Assembly (NCBI RefSeq): GCF_013149785.1
Contig: NZ_JABEZU010000001.1
Span: forward strand, 1,178,001 to 1,242,000
Source of the DNA: Isoptericola halotolerans
Lineage (GTDB): Bacteria; Actinomycetota; Actinomycetes; Actinomycetales; Cellulomonadaceae
Length of the DNA: 64,000 bases
Direction of reading: 5' to 3'
Shown in pieces: positions 20,947 to 30,488 of this stretch (positions are counted from its first letter, which is position 1; each line of letters begins with the position of its first letter). A program made the translations under genes and the position numbers. The notes under the pieces are model-generated. The model worked only from the letters and a program-made list of their open reading frames with translations, was not told where the DNA came from and ran no database searches.

Positions 20947-22533
20947 TCACAGCGGGATGTTGCCGTGCTTCTTCGGGGGCAGGCTCGCCCGCTTGGTGCG
21001 CAGCGCCCGCAGTGCTCGCACCACCTGCCCGCGCGTCTCGGAGGGGCGGATCACCGCGTCGACGTACCCGCGCTGGGCGGCGTCCCACGGGTTGACGATC
21101 GCCTCGGTGTACTCGTCGGTGAGCCGGGTGCGCTCCGCCTCGACGTCCTGGCCGCCGTCGGCCGCCGACTTCAGCGCCCGGCGGTGCAGGATGTTCACCG
21201 CACCGGAGGCACCCATGACGGCTACCTGCGCCGTCGGCCAGGCGAGGTTGACGTCCGCGCCGAGCTGCTTGGACCCCATGACGATGTAGGCCCCGCCGTA
21301 GGCCTTGCGCGTGATGACGGTGACCAGCGGGACGGTCGCCTCGGCGTAGGCGTAGATGAGCTTGGCGCCGCGGCGGATGATGCCGTCGTGCTCCTGGCCC
21401 ACGCCGGGCAGGAACCCGGGCACGTCCACGAAGGTCAGGACCGGGATGTTGAAGGCGTCGCAGGTTCGCACGAACCGGGCCGCCTTCTCGGAGGCGTTGA
21501 TGTCCAGGGTGCCGGCCATCGACTGGGGCTGGTTGGCGACGATGCCGACGCTCTGCCCCTCGACGTGACCGAACCCGACCAGCACGTTCGGTGCGAACAG
21601 CGGTTGCACCTCGAGGAACGAGTCCGGGTCCAGGACGGTCTCGACGACGGTGCGCATGTCGTACGGCTGGTTGTCGCCGTCCGGGACGATCCCGTCCAGG
21701 GCCTCGTCGTCGGCGGTGACCTCGAGCAGGTCGGCGCCCGCCTCGTCCTCGGGGGGGAAGGTGGGCGCGTCCGACAGGTTGTTCTGCGGCAGGTACCCGA
21801 CCAGGTGGCGCACGTAGTCGATCGCGTCGTCCTCGTCCTCGCCGAGGTAGTGCGCGACACCGGAGGTCGCGTTGTGGGTGCGACCCCCGCCGAGGGTCTC
21901 GAAGTCCACGTCCTCCCCGGTGACGGTCTTGATGACGTCCGGGCCGGTGATGAACATGTTCGAGGTGCCGTCGGCCATGACGATGAAGTCCGTCAGCGCG
22001 GGGGAGTACACCGCGCCCCCGGCGCTCGGGCCGAGGATCAGGGAGATCTGCGGGATGACTCCCGACGCCGCGACGTTGCGCCGGAACATCTCGGCGAACT
22101 GGGTCAGGGCCGCCACACCCTCCTGGATGCGGGCGCCGCCGCCGTCGGAGATCCCGATGATCGGCACGCCCGTGCGCAGGGCGAGGTCCTGCACCTTGGC
22201 GATCTTCTCGCCGTGCACCTCGCCCAGCGACCCGCCGAACACCGTGAAGTCCTGGGAGAACACGCACACCTGACGGCCGTCGATCGTGCCGTGCCCGACG
22301 ACGACGCCGTCGCCCGGCAGGCGCTTGGCGTCCATGCCGAAGTTACGGCTGCGGTGGGTCGCCAGGGCGTCGAGCTCGGTGAAGCTGCCCTCGTCGAGCA
22401 GGGCGTCGATGCGCTCACGAGCGGTCTTCTTGCCGCGCGCGTGCTGCTTCGTCCTGGCGGTCTCCTCGGGCTCGGTGACGGCGGCGGCGCGACGGCGCTC
22501 GAGCTCGGCGAGCTTGGCGGCAGTGGTGTTCAC
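20947..22533 (-). CDS. Acyl-CoA carboxylase beta (carboxyltransferase) subunit
   Basis: [48 protein letters not shown]. Confidence 0.95.
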   Translation of the reverse strand: MNTTAAKLAELERRRAAAVTEPEETARTKQHARGKKTARERIDALLDEGSFTELDALATHRSRNFGMDAKRLPGDGVVVGHGTIDGRQVCVFSQDFTVFGGSLGEVHGEKIAKVQDLALRTGVPIIGISDGGGARIQEGVAALTQFAEMFRRNVAASGVIPQISLILGPSAGGAVYSPALTDFIVMADGTSNMFITGPDVIKTVTGEDVDFETLGGGRTHNATSGVAHYLGEDEDDAIDYVRHLVGYLPQNNLSDAPTFPPEDEAGADLLEVTADDEALDGIVPDGDNQPYDMRTVVETVLDPDSFLEVQPLFAPNVLVGFGHVEGQSVGIVANQPQSMAGTLDINASEKAARFVRTCDAFNIPVLTFVDVPGFLPGVGQEHDGIIRRGAKLIYAYAEATVPLVTVITRKAYGGAYIVMGSKQLGADVNLAWPTAQVAVMGASGAVNILHRRALKSAADGGQDVEAERTRLTDEYTEAIVNPWDAAQRGYVDAVIRPSETRGQVVRALRALRTKRASLPPKKHGNIPL

Positions 22534-22662
22534 GCAAGTGACCCTAGATGGTGGGAAGCGACGAATCGATGCGCGACAGGCCTTGAGGGTCCGCTGATCT
22601 TTGTGGGGACCGTACAACGGGCCGGTCTGGCGAGGACACGGTCGAACCGCGACGATGGTCTG

Positions 22663-23544
22663 GTGAAACGCGAACCTCTCGACGTCGACTCGCTGCGCCG
22701 TGCCCTGTGCCACGCGGACGGCCCGCTCGCTCGCCTGGACGTGGTGGACTCCACGGGATCGACCAGCTCCGACCTGGCCGACCGTGTCCGCGGCGGCGCG
22801 GCCCGGGCGCCGGCGGCGCTCGTGGCCGAGCACCAGATCACCGGGCGCGGTCGGGCCGGGCGCGTCTGGCAGACGCCGTCGCGCGCCGCGCTGACGGTGT
22901 CGTTCCTGCTGCGGCCCCAGGTGCCGGCGGCGAGGCTCGGCTGGCTGCCCCTCGTGACGGGGCTCGCCGTGGTGAGGACCCTGGCCGTGCTGGGGTGCGA
23001 GGCCCGGCTGAAGTGGCCGAACGACGTGCTGCTGCCGGCGGGCACGCCCGTCGAAGGGCTCGGTCGCCACCGCAAGGTCGCCGGCGTCCTGGCCGAGGTC
23101 GTGCCCGACGGCGACGGGCCGCCCGGCGGGCCTCCCGCCGTCGTCGTCGGGGTCGGGGTGAACGTCTCGCAGCGCGCCGACGAGCTGCCGGTGCCCACGG
23201 CGACGTCGCTCGCCCTCGCCGGCGCCGCCGCCGACCGCGACGCGCTCCTTGTCGGGCTCGCGCGGGAGCTGATCGGGGCCGTCGGTCGGCTCGAGGCGGC
23301 GGCGGGGGACGCGGTGGCCGCGGGGCTGGCCGCCGAGTACGCGGCGGCCTCGGCGACCCTCGGCACCCGGGTGCGGGCCGAGCTCGCCGGCGGTGACGAC
23401 GTCGTCGTGGGCCGTGCGGACCGGGTGGCCGACGACGGCTCGCTCGTCCTGGCGACCCCGGGCGGCGAGCGTGTGGTCACCGCGGGGGACGTGCACCACG
23501 TGCGGGCGGCGCCCGACACGGACGCCCAGGATCCGCCCAGGTGA
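22663..23544 (+). CDS. birA: Biotin-[acetyl-CoA-carboxylase] ligase
   Basis: [36 protein letters not shown]. Confidence 0.93.
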   Translation: MKREPLDVDSLRRALCHADGPLARLDVVDSTGSTSSDLADRVRGGAARAPAALVAEHQITGRGRAGRVWQTPSRAALTVSFLLRPQVPAARLGWLPLVTGLAVVRTLAVLGCEARLKWPNDVLLPAGTPVEGLGRHRKVAGVLAEVVPDGDGPPGGPPAVVVGVGVNVSQRADELPVPTATSLALAGAAADRDALLVGLARELIGAVGRLEAAAGDAVAAGLAAEYAAASATLGTRVRAELAGGDDVVVGRADRVADDGSLVLATPGGERVVTAGDVHHVRAAPDTDAQDPPR

Positions 23545-23563
23545 TGCTGGCTACAGTGACCCC

Positions 23564-24595
23564 GTGACCAGCGACACCCCCCACGACGACGCCCCGGCGG
23601 TCGACGACGCGGCCGGCCGGGTCGACGAGGCGATCCTCGGCGGCCCGCGCACCTACACCCTCGACGACCTCGTGACCGGGACGGGCCTGTCGCGTGAGTT
23701 CGTGGAGTCGTACTGGCGCTGGCTGGGCCTGCCGGTGACCGGGGACGACGAGGCGCGGTTCACCGCGGCGGACCTCGAGTCGCTGCGGGAGATCGGTACG
23801 TTGATCGACGAGGGCCAGCTCGACGAGCAGGCGCAGATGACCCTGGTCCGCTCGCTCGGGCACACCGCCGACCGGCTCGCGCTGTGGCAGGTCGAGGCGT
23901 TCGTCGAGCACCTCGGGCGCCGTTTCGAGCTGGACGACGTCAGTGCCCGCCTGGCGGCGCTGGAGCGCATCCCGGGATTTGCGGACATCCTCGCGCGTCA
24001 GCTGGAGCACGCCTGGCGGCGGCAGCTCGCGGCGCTGATGGGCAGGTTCGCCACGGAGTTCGGGGGTGCGCAGGGTGCCCGACCGGTGCCGGACGAGCTG
24101 CCGCTGCGACGCGCGGTGGGGTTCGCCGACATCGTCTCGTTCACGAAGCGCACCGCCGGGCTCGGTTCCCAGGAACTGTCCGAGTTCGTGCAGCAGTTCG
24201 AGGCGCGCGCGCGTGACGTGATCACGGAGGCGGGTGGCCGGGTGGTCAAGACGATCGGTGACGCCGTGCTGTTCGTCGCCGACGACGTCACGACCGGTGC
24301 GGAGTGTGCTCTCGGCCTCGCGGCGCCGCACGCCACCGCCCAGGAGATCCCGGTGCGGGTCGGGTTCGTCTGGGGGCGGGTGCTGTCCCGGTTCGGCGAC
24401 GTGTTCGGCCCGGACGTGAACCTCGCCTCGCGCATCACCGAGCTGGCCGAGCCGGCGAGCGTGCTGGTGGACCCGCCCACCGCTGCGCTGCTGGCGTCCT
24501 CGTCGCGGTACGCCCTGACGGCCCAGACGCCGCAGGAGGTCCAGGGGCTGGGCGAGATCACCCCGGTCCGCCTGCACCGCGCCTACACCGGCTGA
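23564..24595 (+). CDS. Class III adenylate/guanylate cyclase with N-terminal regulatory domain
   Basis: FADIVSFT, VKTIGDAV, GDVFGPDVNLASRI. Confidence 0.88.
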   Translation: MTSDTPHDDAPAVDDAAGRVDEAILGGPRTYTLDDLVTGTGLSREFVESYWRWLGLPVTGDDEARFTAADLESLREIGTLIDEGQLDEQAQMTLVRSLGHTADRLALWQVEAFVEHLGRRFELDDVSARLAALERIPGFADILARQLEHAWRRQLAALMGRFATEFGGAQGARPVPDELPLRRAVGFADIVSFTKRTAGLGSQELSEFVQQFEARARDVITEAGGRVVKTIGDAVLFVADDVTTGAECALGLAAPHATAQEIPVRVGFVWGRVLSRFGDVFGPDVNLASRITELAEPASVLVDPPTAALLASSSRYALTAQTPQEVQGLGEITPVRLHRAYTG

Positions 24596-24792
24596 GCCGG
24601 AGGCGCAGCGAAGGGTGCGGGCCGAGGGACGAGGCGCTCGCCCGGAGCGGAGCCGCAGGCTCGGCCGGTAGGGAACGGCTGAGCCGGAGGCGCAGCGAAG
24701 GGTGCGGGCCGAGGGACGAGGCGCTCGCCCGGAGCGGAGCCGCAGGCTCGGCCGGTAGGGAACGGCGGAGCCGCAGGCTCGGCCGGTAGGGA
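24589..24792. repeat. 87-bp tandem repeat (2 identical copies plus a 28-bp partial), MIRU/REP-like
   Basis: Copies 24589-24675 and 24676-24762; extra GCGGAGCCGCAGGCTCGGCCGGTAGGGA at 24765-24792; between convergent genes. Confidence 0.9.
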
Positions 24793-24816
24793 TCCGCTGA
24801 GCCGCCGAACACACTG

Positions 24817-25599
24817 CTACAGCAGGACGAGGTCCGGGTCGAGGGGTTCGGCGTCGGTCTCGAGGAGGCTCGCGTCGTCGTGGCGGACGTTGCCCACCCG
24901 GGACCTCACGGGCCGGGTGCTCATCGCGGGCGCCGCGGTGGTGAGCAGCGTCGCCGCCTCCTCGGCGCCGACGGCGGGGTCGAGCCACACGTCCCACGTC
25001 GCGGGCGGCAGGGTCACGGGCATGCGGTCGTGGATCCGCTCGAGGCCGCCGGCAGCAGCCGTGGTCACGATCGTGGCGGACACCAGCCACCGGTCCGGGT
25101 CGTCGTCGGACCTACCGGGGTCCCGCCAGAACTCGTACAGCCCTGCGAAGGCCGCGACGCCGTCGTCGGCGGGGTGGATCCAGTACGGCTGCTTGGGCAC
25201 CTTGCGGGTGCCGGGCGGTGCCTCCAGCCGGCGCCACTCGTAGTAGCCGTCGGCGGGCACCAGGCACCGCCGGACGGCGAGCGGACGGGCGAAGGCGGGC
25301 TTGTCCAGCAGCGTCTCGCTGCGTGCGTTGATCATCCGTGACCCGATGCCGGGGTCCTTGGCCCAGGAGGGCACGAGGCCCCACCGGGCGCGCTGCAACG
25401 ATCGTGTGATCTCGCCCGCCACCGTCCGCCCGTCGTCGAGGCGTTCCCGGCGCGGCTTCTCGACGACGATGCGGACGTCGTCGGTGGGTGCGACGTTCCA
25501 GCGCGGCCCGAGCAGGCGCGCGTCCTCGGCGACCTCGGCGAGGGCGAGGTCGTCGGCCAGAGACTGGGCGTCCGTGAAGGAGGCGTACCTGCCGCACAT
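24817..25599 (-). CDS. SOS response-associated peptidase (SRAP/YedK/HMCES abasic-site shielding protein)
   Basis: MCGRY start, NVAPT, WGLVPSW, INARSE, GYYEW, IHDRMP. Confidence 0.93.
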   Translation of the reverse strand: MCGRYASFTDAQSLADDLALAEVAEDARLLGPRWNVAPTDDVRIVVEKPRRERLDDGRTVAGEITRSLQRARWGLVPSWAKDPGIGSRMINARSETLLDKPAFARPLAVRRCLVPADGYYEWRRLEAPPGTRKVPKQPYWIHPADDGVAAFAGLYEFWRDPGRSDDDPDRWLVSATIVTTAAAGGLERIHDRMPVTLPPATWDVWLDPAVGAEEAATLLTTAAPAMSTRPVRSRVGNVRHDDASLLETDAEPLDPDLVLL

Positions 25600-25717
25600 G
25601 CAGCCCATCGTCGCGCACGCCACCGACACGCACCTGGTCGGCCGGTCGTCGCCGGGGTGAGAGGCATCACCGACGAACCCGTCGCCGCCGTCGTATCGTT
25701 TCGATACGATGGCGGCC

Positions 25718-26947
25718 ATGCCCGAGAACCCGACCCCGCCGCAGCGTGCCCGCTCGTCCTTCCGGTGGGTCGTCATGCTCGGGTCCCTCGCGGCGATCCC
25801 GGCGTTCACGGTCGACATGTACCTTCCGTCCCTGCCGGAGGTCGCGGCCGACCTCGGGTCCGGGCCGTCGTTCGCCGCCCTGTCCGTCTCGATCATGCTG
25901 GTCGGCGGCGCGGCCGGGCAGCTGGTCATCGGCCCGCTGTCCGACCGCTACGGACGCCGGGCACCGCTGATGGTCGGCCTCGCGATGCACGTGGTCACCT
26001 CGCTGCTGTGCGCCGTCGCGCCGAACATGCTCGCGCTCGTCGGGCTGCGGCTGCTGCAAGGCTTCTTCAACGCCGCCTGCGGCGTCGCGGCGATGGCGAT
26101 CGTGCGCGACCGGTTCGTCGGCTCCGAGGCCGCACGCATCCTGTCGCGCCTGATGCTCATCATCGGGATCGCACCGCTGCTGGCCCCCACCTTCGGGTCC
26201 GCCGTGGCCGAGCTCGCCTCGTGGCGCTGGGTGTTCGGGTTCCTGGCCCTCCTCGGCGTGGCGATGGGCGTCGTCGTCTGGCGGTTCCTGCCCGAGACGC
26301 ATCCCGTCGAGCGCCGCTCGAGCGGGGGCGCGCGCTCCGTCGTCGGCGGCTACCGGCACCTGCTGCGCGACCGGCACTTCATGGCGCTCGCTCTCCTGCC
26401 GGGCCTGGGCATGGCCGTGCTCATGAGCTACGTCGTCACCTCCCCCTTCGTCTTCCAGGAGGTCTACGGCCTCAGCCACGGACAGTTCTCGCTGCTGTTC
26501 GCCCTCAACGGGATCGGTCTCGTGGCCTCGGCGCAGATCAACGCCGCCCTCGTGCGGCGGGTCGCCCCGATCCGCATCCTGCGCACCGCGCTCGTCATGC
26601 AGGGCTTCTGCGCGGTCGTCCTGCTCGTCGTCGCGATCACGGGGGCAGGCGGGCTCATCGGTCTGCTCGCCGCGCTGTGGGTGGTGCTCGCGTTCACCGG
26701 GCTCATCCCCGCCAACGCCTCGGCCATCGCCTTGTCCCGGCACGGCGAGCGCGCCGGCACCGCTGCCGCCGTCATCGGCGCCGTGCAGTCCGGCGTGGCG
26801 GGCCTCGTCTCGCCGCTCGCCGGGGCGCTCGGCGGCGGCACCGTGGCCATGACCTCCGTCATGCTGGGTGCCTGGATCTGCGCCATGGCGGTGCTGGCGT
26901 TCGCCACGCCCGCGTTCCGGCGCGGCGGCTGGGTCCAGCTCGCCTGA
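25718..26947 (+). CDS. Bcr/CflA-family multidrug efflux MFS transporter
   Basis: DMYLPSLP, GPLSDRYGRR, LRLLQG, WRWVF, LPET. Confidence 0.9.
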   Translation: MPENPTPPQRARSSFRWVVMLGSLAAIPAFTVDMYLPSLPEVAADLGSGPSFAALSVSIMLVGGAAGQLVIGPLSDRYGRRAPLMVGLAMHVVTSLLCAVAPNMLALVGLRLLQGFFNAACGVAAMAIVRDRFVGSEAARILSRLMLIIGIAPLLAPTFGSAVAELASWRWVFGFLALLGVAMGVVVWRFLPETHPVERRSSGGARSVVGGYRHLLRDRHFMALALLPGLGMAVLMSYVVTSPFVFQEVYGLSHGQFSLLFALNGIGLVASAQINAALVRRVAPIRILRTALVMQGFCAVVLLVVAITGAGGLIGLLAALWVVLAFTGLIPANASAIALSRHGERAGTAAAVIGAVQSGVAGLVSPLAGALGGGTVAMTSVMLGAWICAMAVLAFATPAFRRGGWVQLA

Positions 26948-27047
26948 CCTCCCCCCGTGGCCCCTGCCACGTGAAGGTGCCGTGAAAGGGCCGTTGTCAG
27001 GACTCGCCCGGCAGGCCTGATACGCACGCCCGGCTTAGGGTGACGGG

Positions 27048-28307
27048 GTGGAGAGCGCCAGACCCCGGCACGCGGGACCCCATGCCGGGCACCGGGTCCT
27101 GCGAGGGATCGCCCTCGCGCTCACGGCGGTGCTGGCGCTCGGCACCGCCGGTGGCGTCGCCGCGTACGTCGACCTGCGCAACCAGATCGAGGTGTCCGAC
27201 GTCGACGCCCTGCTCGGCCGTGACACCCTCGAGCCGCAGGCCGAGACCGAGCCCGAGAACCCCGACGACCCGTTCGCGGGCAGGTCGCTCAACATCCTGG
27301 TCATGGGTACCGACTTCCGCGACGAGGCGAACACCGAGCTGGCCGGCGCCGGCGACGAGTTCAACTCGGACACCACGCTGCTGGTGCACCTCAGCGGCGA
27401 CCGCAGCCGTATCGAGGCGGTCTCCATCCCGCGTGACTCGCTCGTGAACATCCCCGCCTGCCCCCGCCCGGACGGCAGCAGCACGTCCCCGCAGTACGGC
27501 GCGATGTTCAACTCGGCCTTCGCGATCGGCGGTGGTCCCGAGCAGGACGTCACGGGAGCGGCCGCCTGCATGATCCTCACCGTCGAAGCGCTGACCGGTC
27601 TGCGCATCCACCACCACGTCGTGGTCAAGATGGACGGCGTGGTGGACATCGTCGACGCCATCGGCGGGGTACCCATGTGTCTGCCGGAACCCGTGGTGGG
27701 TGACACCCGGTACAGCGACCTGGAGCTGGACGCCGGACGGCAGGTGCTCGACGGTGAGACGGCGATCCAGTTCCTGCGGGTGCGCAAGGGGTCCGGCATG
27801 GGGCTCGAGCTGGGCAGCGACCTCATGCGCATCGAGCGGCAGCAGGCCTTCGTCGACTCCATGCTGCGCGAGGTGCTCGCCCAGAACCTCCTGACCGACA
27901 CTCCCGCGCTGTACCGCATGGTCCAGGCCGCGCTGCGGGCCATGTCCACCAGCCCCGACCTGGCGAGCCCGACGGCCCTGGCAGGCCTGGCGTGGAGCGT
28001 GCGGGACGTCGATCCCTCGGACATCGTGTTCGAGTCCGTGCCGGTCGTCGATGCCCCCAGCGACCCCAACCGCGTGGTGTGGACCGCGGAGGCCGACCGG
28101 CTCTGGGAGAAGTTCGCCGCCGATGCTCCGCTCGACGAGCCGGAGCCGAGCGCCTCGCCGTCGGACGCCGAGATCGTGGAGGACGGCGACCTGGTCGACG
28201 CCGACGAGCCCGATGACAGCGACCAGGCGGGCGACGAGGCCGACGACGAGGCCGACGACCCGTCGCCCACGCCCAGCCCGTCGGTGCGCGCCGGCGTCTG
28301 CGCCTGA
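27048..28307 (+). CDS. LCP (LytR-CpsA-Psr) family glycopolymer transferase
   Basis: N-terminal TM, NILVMGTD, SDT, SIPRDS, VDAIGGV, SDLMRIERQQ. Confidence 0.92.
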   Translation: MESARPRHAGPHAGHRVLRGIALALTAVLALGTAGGVAAYVDLRNQIEVSDVDALLGRDTLEPQAETEPENPDDPFAGRSLNILVMGTDFRDEANTELAGAGDEFNSDTTLLVHLSGDRSRIEAVSIPRDSLVNIPACPRPDGSSTSPQYGAMFNSAFAIGGGPEQDVTGAAACMILTVEALTGLRIHHHVVVKMDGVVDIVDAIGGVPMCLPEPVVGDTRYSDLELDAGRQVLDGETAIQFLRVRKGSGMGLELGSDLMRIERQQAFVDSMLREVLAQNLLTDTPALYRMVQAALRAMSTSPDLASPTALAGLAWSVRDVDPSDIVFESVPVVDAPSDPNRVVWTAEADRLWEKFAADAPLDEPEPSASPSDAEIVEDGDLVDADEPDDSDQAGDEADDEADDPSPTPSPSVRAGVCA

Positions 28308-29249
28308 TCAGCGGGCGCGTGCGAGGTCGTCGGGGCCGGTCGCCTGCGGCAGCGCGCGACCGGCCTCGTCACGCAGCGCGGCGGTGACCCGCTCGAGCAC
28401 CGCGGACCGCAGCTTCCACTGCTGGAGGTGCAGGGGGACGTCGACGGTGTCCTCGCTGAGCCACGTGACGTCGTCGGCGGGCTCCAGGACCTCGAAGCGT
28501 GCGCCGTCGCGGGGGAGCGGACCCCACATGCCCCATCCCATCCCGGCGCGGATCGCCGCGAGGTACGCCGCCGTGGAGGGCACGTGGTGGCGTGGCGGGC
28601 GGGGGACCGTGGTGCCTGCCCGCCGGGCGACGTCGCGCAGCCAGCGGTCCTGCAGGTCGTCGGTGCGGTCGAAGACGACCACAGGTGCCGTGGCGAGCGC
28701 CGCCGGCGTCGGGCCCTCGGGGAACCAGCGCGCGACGAGGTCCTCCCGGACGGCCGGCCGGTAGCGGGTCACCCCGAGCGGGACCGACGTGCAGCCCTGG
28801 ACCGGGTCGCGCTGCGAGGTCACGGCCGCCATCACCACGCCCGCCGGCAGGAGCTCGACGGTGCGGTCCTGGTCCGCGACGTGCACGTCGAAGCAGACGT
28901 CGTCCACCGCGGAGAGCGCCGGCATCAGCCACGTGGCGAGCGAGTCGGCGTTGACGGCGATCGGGACGGTGACCGGGCGGCCGTCGTCGGGAGCCGGTCC
29001 GAGCTCGGCGGCGGCCTCCGCGCCGAGCAGCTCGACCTGCCGCGCCAGCCGCAGCAGCGTGCGGCCCGGTGCGGTGGGGGCGACCGGCCGGGTGCGCTGC
29101 ACGAGCACCGTCCCGGTGACGTTCTCCAGCGCCCGGACCCGCTGGCTCACCGCGGAGGGCGTGACGTGCAGGGCGCGCGCGGCGGCGTCGAACGATCCTT
29201 CGGTGACCACGGCGGCGAGGGCCGCGAGCTGACCTGAGTCCCAGTGCAT
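28308..29249 (-). CDS. LysR-type regulator, ArgP/LysG family
   Basis: GSFDAAARALHVTPSAVSQRVRALE, AVNADSLATW; divergent from LysE exporter. Confidence 0.92.
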   Translation of the reverse strand: MHWDSGQLAALAAVVTEGSFDAAARALHVTPSAVSQRVRALENVTGTVLVQRTRPVAPTAPGRTLLRLARQVELLGAEAAAELGPAPDDGRPVTVPIAVNADSLATWLMPALSAVDDVCFDVHVADQDRTVELLPAGVVMAAVTSQRDPVQGCTSVPLGVTRYRPAVREDLVARWFPEGPTPAALATAPVVVFDRTDDLQDRWLRDVARRAGTTVPRPPRHHVPSTAAYLAAIRAGMGWGMWGPLPRDGARFEVLEPADDVTWLSEDTVDVPLHLQQWKLRSAVLERVTAALRDEAGRALPQATGPDDLARAR

Positions 29250-29270
29250 AGATGAAGTATGCCTTCATCT
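29250..29270. promoter_or_regulatory. LysR operator dyad
   Basis: AGATGAAG-tatgc-CTTCATCT perfect inverted repeat between the divergent pair. Confidence 0.75.
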
Positions 29271-29322
29271 GCACAAGGAACATTCGTTGGACTTCATCAC
29301 GACGGGTGCCTAGCGTCGAGGG

Positions 29323-29937
29323 GTGCTCACCTTTCTCACCGGCCTCGGCCTCGGGCTGTCGCTCATCGTCGCCATCGGCGCCCAGAACGCCTTCGTGCTG
29401 CGACAGGGGGTGCGTCGTGAGCACGTGGGCGTCGTGGTCGCGGTGTGCGCCGCCTCGGACGCAGTGCTCTACGCGGCCGGGGGAGCAGGCCTCGGCGCGC
29501 TGATCGAGCAGCGCCCGGGTTTCGTGGACATCGCGCGCTGGGCGGGTGCCGCCGTCGTCCTCGGGTACGGTGCGCTGGCCGCCCGCCGGGCGTGGCGAGG
29601 CGGGGAGGAGCTCGAGGCCGCGCAGGACGCCCGGCAGCCCGACGCCGGACGACGGCTGCGGCCCGTGCTGCTCACCGCACTCGCGCTCACGTGGCTCAAC
29701 CCGCACGTCTACCTGGACACCGTGGTGCTCCAGGGGTCGATCGCCGCCGGGTACGGCGACGACCGCTGGCTGTTCACCGGCGGCGCGATGGTCTCCAGCG
29801 TGCTGTGGTTCGTGGGCCTCGGCTACGGCGCGCGGTTCCTGGCCCCGCTGCTGCGCCGGCCCGGCGCGTGGCGGGTCGTGGACGGTGTGATCGCGCTCAT
29901 CATGGTCGCCGTGGCGGCCTCCCTCGTCCTCGCCTGA
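29323..29937 (+). CDS. LysE/ArgO amino-acid exporter
   Basis: LIVAIGAQNAFVLRQG, TWLNPHVYLDT. Confidence 0.93.
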   Translation: MLTFLTGLGLGLSLIVAIGAQNAFVLRQGVRREHVGVVVAVCAASDAVLYAAGGAGLGALIEQRPGFVDIARWAGAAVVLGYGALAARRAWRGGEELEAAQDARQPDAGRRLRPVLLTALALTWLNPHVYLDTVVLQGSIAAGYGDDRWLFTGGAMVSSVLWFVGLGYGARFLAPLLRRPGAWRVVDGVIALIMVAVAASLVLA

Positions 29938-29943
29938 CTCCTC

Positions 29944-30381
29944 TCAGGGGGCCGGAGGAGACCCGGCTCCCGGCACGAGTCCCAGCTGCTGTGCGACAGC
30001 CAGGGTGTCGTAGTGGTCCCACATCTCCGCCAGCCTGCCGACCCGGAAGCGGTAGACGGTGACGCCCTGGGTCACCAGCTGCCTGCCGGTGGGCGGGCCG
30101 TACTCCTCGGTCGTCCCGAGGTGCGTGCCGCGCACCGTGTAGCGACCGACCACCGTGTCCGCCTCGGCGACCACGTCCTCGACCGTCACGCTCGTGTCCG
30201 GGAAAGCCGCGAGGTAGGCGGCGAGGTACCGCTCGAACTCCTCGATGCCCCGGACGTCGCCGTCGGGCTCGTGGGCGACGACGTCGTCCAGGACGAGCTC
30301 GCCGAGCGTGTCGAGCCGCTTCTGGCCGTACACCTCGTCCCAGGCGCGACGCAGCAGCGCCTTGTTCTCTTCCGTCGTCAT
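29944..30381 (-). CDS. SnoaL-like ester cyclase (NTF2 fold)
   Basis: MTTEENKAL, AFPD, GTHLG, PPTGR. Confidence 0.85.
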   Translation of the reverse strand: MTTEENKALLRRAWDEVYGQKRLDTLGELVLDDVVAHEPDGDVRGIEEFERYLAAYLAAFPDTSVTVEDVVAEADTVVGRYTVRGTHLGTTEEYGPPTGRQLVTQGVTVYRFRVGRLAEMWDHYDTLAVAQQLGLVPGAGSPPAP

Positions 30382-30488
30382 CGGGCGCTCCCGTCGTGAC
30401 AGGTCCCACCGCTCGTCCCACGGTAGCAACCGGGGCAGCGACACCATCACGGGACCCCGGTCCGGCCGAGCAGGCCCGCTCGCTTCAG

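Noticed and set aside
20893..23544. Apparent long fusion ORFs (883 aa +, 850 aa -) around birA and the carboxyltransferase
   Set aside because: N-terminal parts are antisense to the divergent neighbour; true starts are 22663 and 22533
24589..24792. Repeat as a CRISPR array
   Set aside because: Units are contiguous and identical with no unique spacers, and no cas genes are present
23564..25599. Cyclase plus SRAP as a cyclic-nucleotide defence system
   Set aside because: Genes are convergent, no effector domain is nearby, and the cyclase looks like the ordinary regulatory type beside birA
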